DNA of 64,000 nt, from assembly GCA_022448585.1 (NCBI GenBank), contig JAKVCN010000009.1:13426-77425 (forward strand), written 5' to 3'. This document shows positions 60,378 through 64,000 of this stretch, piece by piece. The translations under genes and the position numbers were made by a program. The notes under the pieces were generated by a model, which did no database searches, had not been told where the DNA came from, and saw only the letters and a list, made by a program, of their open reading frames with translations. The DNA is from Puniceicoccaceae bacterium. Its GTDB lineage: Bacteria; Verrucomicrobiota; Verrucomicrobiia; Opitutales; Coraliomargaritaceae. Each line of letters opens with the position of its first letter. Position 1 is the stretch's first letter.

Positions 60378-61663
60378 TGACTAAATCGGTGTCTAATAAA
60401 ATTAGCAGTAACATGAAATTACCTACTCGCTTTATTCTTATGATGGTTTGGCTTGCGACCGTACTTGCAGCCTTCGCTATTGGCAGAGGACTTCAACTAG
60501 TTGTAGAAAATCACACAATTACTAGCAAAAGTATTGAGTCATCAAACGTCAAAAAAAATGATCTATCTAGTGAGTATGGCTCTGTACAATTAGAAATAAC
60601 TGAAGATTTATTACCTAAAACTCAAGAAGACGTAAACTTCTATTTAGAAGTAGAATCGAAAGAATCATTAGAAGGCGCATTTTTACTACCACTTACTAAT
60701 CCCAAGCGTGCCAATATTATTAAAGATTTATTAGTTCAAATGGCATCGGATCAACCAGAGCTCGCCCTATTAGAGGCTACTAAGATTGCTTCTGTTCGTG
60801 ACCAAGAACGAGCTATAAATAGTATTTTACAAGCTTGGGGAGCAACGAACCCAAATGCAGCACTTTCTTGGGCAGATTCTCATATCGATCAAATACCTAA
60901 ACAGGTCATGAATAGAAAATTTATGGCTATATTTCGTGGTTATGCGCAATCCGACCCAACCGCAGCATTTGCGCAGGCATACGGAATGAAAGAAGCTACC
61001 AATGTAGAAAGACGATTAAAAAATAATATTTTAAGCGAGGTTATTGAGATGCAGGTGCGACAAGGCGGACTAGTACTAGCTCGTGCAACAGTAGAGTCAA
61101 TGCAGGATGGTGATACGAAAAATCGTTTGCTAACAGAAATGGTCGATGAATGGGCGGAATATGATCCTACTGCAGCGGCGAAATATGTCAAATCATTGGG
61201 AGAATCAGCAACCACTTGGATGAAGGCTTCTTTAATCAGTGAATGGGCAGAAAGTGATCCGATTTCTGCCGCAGATTGGCTATCTAATTTAGATATAGAA
61301 GATCCAGCTTTTGGTAGAGGTACCGCTAGCATTATTCGTGAATGGTCTCAGTATGATTTATCTGCTTCGGCAGAGTGGCTCAATACCCTGCCCGCTTCAC
61401 CTCAACTTGATCGTGCCGTTGCTAGTTACACCTTTCGTGCTGCTCAAGAAGATCCTGCTAACGCAATGAGCTGGGCAGAGTCTATTTCGAACGAACGTAT
61501 GCAAGGGTATCTTATGGAGAGAGTTGCAGCTAATTGGAAAGACCAAGACCCATCTGCTTTTGCAGTTTATTTAGAATCTAGCGAATTTAGCGATGAAATT
61601 AAAGAGCGTTTGGAAAATGCTACCTACCGAGATGGTCCAGCTCGTCATGGACCTTTTCGTTAA
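60377..61663 (+). CDS. Membrane-anchored/secreted helical-repeat protein (seven W-x-x-x-DP-x-A-A-x-x-W repeats)
   Basis: TAATG overlap with the L,D-transpeptidase gene and an N-terminal TM/signal (FILMMVWLATVLAAFAIG). The repeats include QAWGATNPNAALSWA, DEWAEYDPTAAAKYV, SEWAESDPISAADWL, REWSQYDLSASAEWL, AAQEDPANAMSWA and ANWKDQDPSAFAVYL. Confidence 0.6.
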   Translation: MTKSVSNKISSNMKLPTRFILMMVWLATVLAAFAIGRGLQLVVENHTITSKSIESSNVKKNDLSSEYGSVQLEITEDLLPKTQEDVNFYLEVESKESLEGAFLLPLTNPKRANIIKDLLVQMASDQPELALLEATKIASVRDQERAINSILQAWGATNPNAALSWADSHIDQIPKQVMNRKFMAIFRGYAQSDPTAAFAQAYGMKEATNVERRLKNNILSEVIEMQVRQGGLVLARATVESMQDGDTKNRLLTEMVDEWAEYDPTAAAKYVKSLGESATTWMKASLISEWAESDPISAADWLSNLDIEDPAFGRGTASIIREWSQYDLSASAEWLNTLPASPQLDRAVASYTFRAAQEDPANAMSWAESISNERMQGYLMERVAANWKDQDPSAFAVYLESSEFSDEIKERLENATYRDGPARHGPFR

Positions 61664-61664
61664 A

Positions 61665-63044
61665 CTAATCGTATTGCGAATTCGAAATAGAAACGAACAC
61701 CTCCTCGAAAGTAGCTATTGCCTTATTCATGAGATCTAAATCAAAGCTTTCATCGGGCGCGTGTAGGTTGTCGATCGGTGTAAAAAGTCCAACCATTATA
61801 GCGTCTAAACCTGCACGCTGTTTAAAGTCTGCAATGACTGGTATACTTCCACCTTCACGCAAGTAAATGGGTTCTTGGCCAAAGCAATTAGTGATTGCGA
61901 CTTCAACAGAGCGAAAGGCATTAGCCAGAGCAGCAGGTTGCTGTTTTGGAGTATTGGATCTGTCTGGAGGAATAACTAAATATGCGGGTGCTACTGCGCC
62001 GCGTCGTACATTTAATTTGACCTGTTTGGGGCATCGATCGTTGATTGTAGCGATTACTTTATCTTGGATGATAGCAGGATCTTGACCGTCAACTAAGCGG
62101 CAGGTGATCTTTGCGAAGACTTCGCTTGGGATGACAGTTTTGCTTCCCTCTCCTTGATATCCACCGCCCATCCCGTTAAACTCCAAAGTTGGTCCGAAAC
62201 GCACTGCTTCTAAAGGACTGAGCTTACCGCAAGGTGCAAATTCCGGCACGCCTAGCATGGCTTTATAGCTTTCTAGGGATTCCGGATACCGTTCTAATTG
62301 TATTCTCTCCCAGTCCTCTATAGGATCGATACCATCATAAAAACCCGGTACGTTGACTGTCCCGTCTGGATTGTGTAGTGATGCGCAAATTTCACTAATT
62401 GCTTGGAGTGGGTTGTAGACTGCGCCGCCATGAATACCCGAATGTAAATCTACTTTCGCTCCAGTCACTTTAATTTCTAAGTCTACGAGTCCCCTTAAGG
62501 CAGTAGTTATGACAATCTGCTTGGTATTTGGACTGCCTGTATCGGAAACTAGCATAAAATCAGCTTGGCTAATCCGTTCAGCATAATCATCAAAAAATTT
62601 ACGCATGCTCGGACTACCGATCTCCTCTTCGCCCTCAATAACGTAAGTAATGTTGAGGGGTAAATTAGGATGCTTTTTAAGCACTCTTTGCAGTGCAGTC
62701 ATGTGCACGATTGTAGGACCTTTATTGTCTGCCGCGCCGCGTGCATAGATACGGCCATCTCGAACTTCAGGATCAAATGGGCCGCTACTCCATAGTTCAA
62801 ATGGATCAGCAGGTTGCACATCATAATGGCCATAGAGTACTACATGTGGCCACTTAGGATTACCATGACGCTCCGCAAGTAGAATCGGGTGCAGAGCAGT
62901 CTCTATATTTTTAACTGAAAACCCCAGCGTTTCTAATTGCTCTCTAATATAATTGCGAGCGCCTTGCATACCATCCGAATAATTTGAATCGGTCGAAACC
63001 GATGGAAATCTCAAATATTCTTTTAAAGTATTAACTGCATTCAT
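61665..63044 (-). CDS. M20/M25/M40-family metallopeptidase (dipeptidase-like)
   Basis: YGHYDVQP, RGAADNKG and EGEEEIGS metal/catalytic motifs, plus a dimerisation-domain insert. Confidence 0.88.
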   Translation of the reverse strand: MNAVNTLKEYLRFPSVSTDSNYSDGMQGARNYIREQLETLGFSVKNIETALHPILLAERHGNPKWPHVVLYGHYDVQPADPFELWSSGPFDPEVRDGRIYARGAADNKGPTIVHMTALQRVLKKHPNLPLNITYVIEGEEEIGSPSMRKFFDDYAERISQADFMLVSDTGSPNTKQIVITTALRGLVDLEIKVTGAKVDLHSGIHGGAVYNPLQAISEICASLHNPDGTVNVPGFYDGIDPIEDWERIQLERYPESLESYKAMLGVPEFAPCGKLSPLEAVRFGPTLEFNGMGGGYQGEGSKTVIPSEVFAKITCRLVDGQDPAIIQDKVIATINDRCPKQVKLNVRRGAVAPAYLVIPPDRSNTPKQQPAALANAFRSVEVAITNCFGQEPIYLREGGSIPVIADFKQRAGLDAIMVGLFTPIDNLHAPDESFDLDLMNKAIATFEEVFVSISNSQYD

Positions 63045-63105
63045 TATAATTTGTTAAGAGTTTAAAACAAAATCTAATAATTTACAAACTACACGACTCG
63101 TAGTA

Positions 63106-63921
63106 CTAAAGTTTACTGTTGTAGTATTCTTGTAGTGCTAGAGGCATCACGCGGGTGAGTTGATGCTGTCGTGTAGCATCTGCTGGATGAGTCGATAAAA
63201 ACTCGGGTGGTCTACCCTCGTTTGCAGCATCCATACGTTTCCAAAAATCTACTGCGACTCGAGGATCATAACCTGCTCTAGCCGAAAAAATTAGTCCAAT
63301 TTCGTCTGCTTCCGTTTCATGCAATCGGCTATATGGTAGTAACGCACCGAGAGTGGTTGTAGCTCCATAGGCAACCATTATCATTTGCTGATCTGAGTTA
63401 TCCAAATCATTCGTACCATAGCTTAGAGCCATTGCTCCACCTGCAGCTAGGAGTTGTTGAGTGAATCGCTCTGCACCATGACCTGCTACAACATGAGCAA
63501 TTTCGTGCCCTACTACTATGGCTAGATCAGCATCTGTTTGAACTACATCAAAGAGCCCAGTATACACTGCAACCTTACCTCCAGGCATCGCAAATGCATT
63601 GATTTGATCAGGGTCTTCAAATACGACAAACTCCCAATTTACATTTTTTGAGTGTAAAGAGCTTGCAACAACTACGCTCGCTATGCGATCACCAACGCGC
63701 TTGAGCATTGCTGTGTATTTAGGATTATTGGAAATGCGTGACTGTTTTTTAAGTTCACCAAATTGAGTGGCAGCCATTACTGCTAGCTGCTGCGAGGATA
63801 CTAAATGAAGAGCAGAGCGTCCAGTTATTGGAACCGTAGTACAACTTGTTAAGCAATAAGCACTAACGATTAAGACAGCGGTAAAGAAATAAAAGTACCT
63901 CATAAATATAAAATAACCCAA
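63106..63921 (-). CDS. M48-family Zn metallopeptidase, lipoprotein-like signal
   Basis: HEIAHVVAGH (HExxH) with a downstream glutamate in ETEADEIG. The N-terminal hydrophobic segment ends in LTSC. Confidence 0.88.
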   Translation of the reverse strand: MGYFIFMRYFYFFTAVLIVSAYCLTSCTTVPITGRSALHLVSSQQLAVMAATQFGELKKQSRISNNPKYTAMLKRVGDRIASVVVASSLHSKNVNWEFVVFEDPDQINAFAMPGGKVAVYTGLFDVVQTDADLAIVVGHEIAHVVAGHGAERFTQQLLAAGGAMALSYGTNDLDNSDQQMIMVAYGATTTLGALLPYSRLHETEADEIGLIFSARAGYDPRVAVDFWKRMDAANEGRPPEFLSTHPADATRQHQLTRVMPLALQEYYNSKL

Positions 63922-64000
63922 AAATTGAGCATTTCCCAGAGAAAAATTAGCTAGTCTACTGATCTTAGTGTTTGAAGTGGCGCTTTGCTGTAAAAACCAT

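Overview
This is an AT-rich (by eye) chromosomal window of about 55 mostly housekeeping genes. No integrase, transposase, CRISPR array or rRNA was seen. Gene content (Alternative Complex III plus cbb3 oxidase, a PEP-CTERM protein, several Tat signals) fits a PVC/Verrucomicrobiota-like bacterium, but that is inference only. Recognisable blocks, in order:
- 5'-truncated Cu-type P-type ATPase
- one long co-directional respiratory operon: actABCDEF, a small membrane ORF, ccoS, ccoN, ccoO and a monoheme cytochrome c
- hemL, nadE, maf, an RluA-family synthase, sufS-sufU
- SRP RNA followed by dnaX
- msrB, a Tat-exported alkaline phosphatase, divergent cysJ/cysI, nadD-rsfS, a hybrid histidine kinase
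- pheST and gatCAB
- tRNA-Leu(UAG), an NhaP-type antiporter fusion, cysE, fabD, lepA-lepB, malQ, asd, an L,D-transpeptidase and two peptidases

The most unusual items:
1. A 1.85 kb ORF-poor gap after gatB. About 1 kb of it is packed with near-perfect hairpins whose G.U asymmetry and strong intrinsic terminator point to a large structured minus-strand RNA. I could not assign it to any family I know.
2. dnaX ends at UAG directly after an A10 run carrying the E. coli-type A_AAA_AAG slippery heptamer. The -1 frame continues for 129 codons, so this is either recoding with polarity opposite to E. coli or a homopolymer sequencing error.
3. A divergent dehydroquinate-synthase-like sugar phosphate cyclase with a long N-terminal extension sits in a two-gene minus-strand unit next to a PEP-CTERM gene and tRNA-Leu.

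All calls rest on motif reading of the supplied translations and manual base-pair inspection. No database search, covariance model or folding program was run, and RNA ends are approximate.
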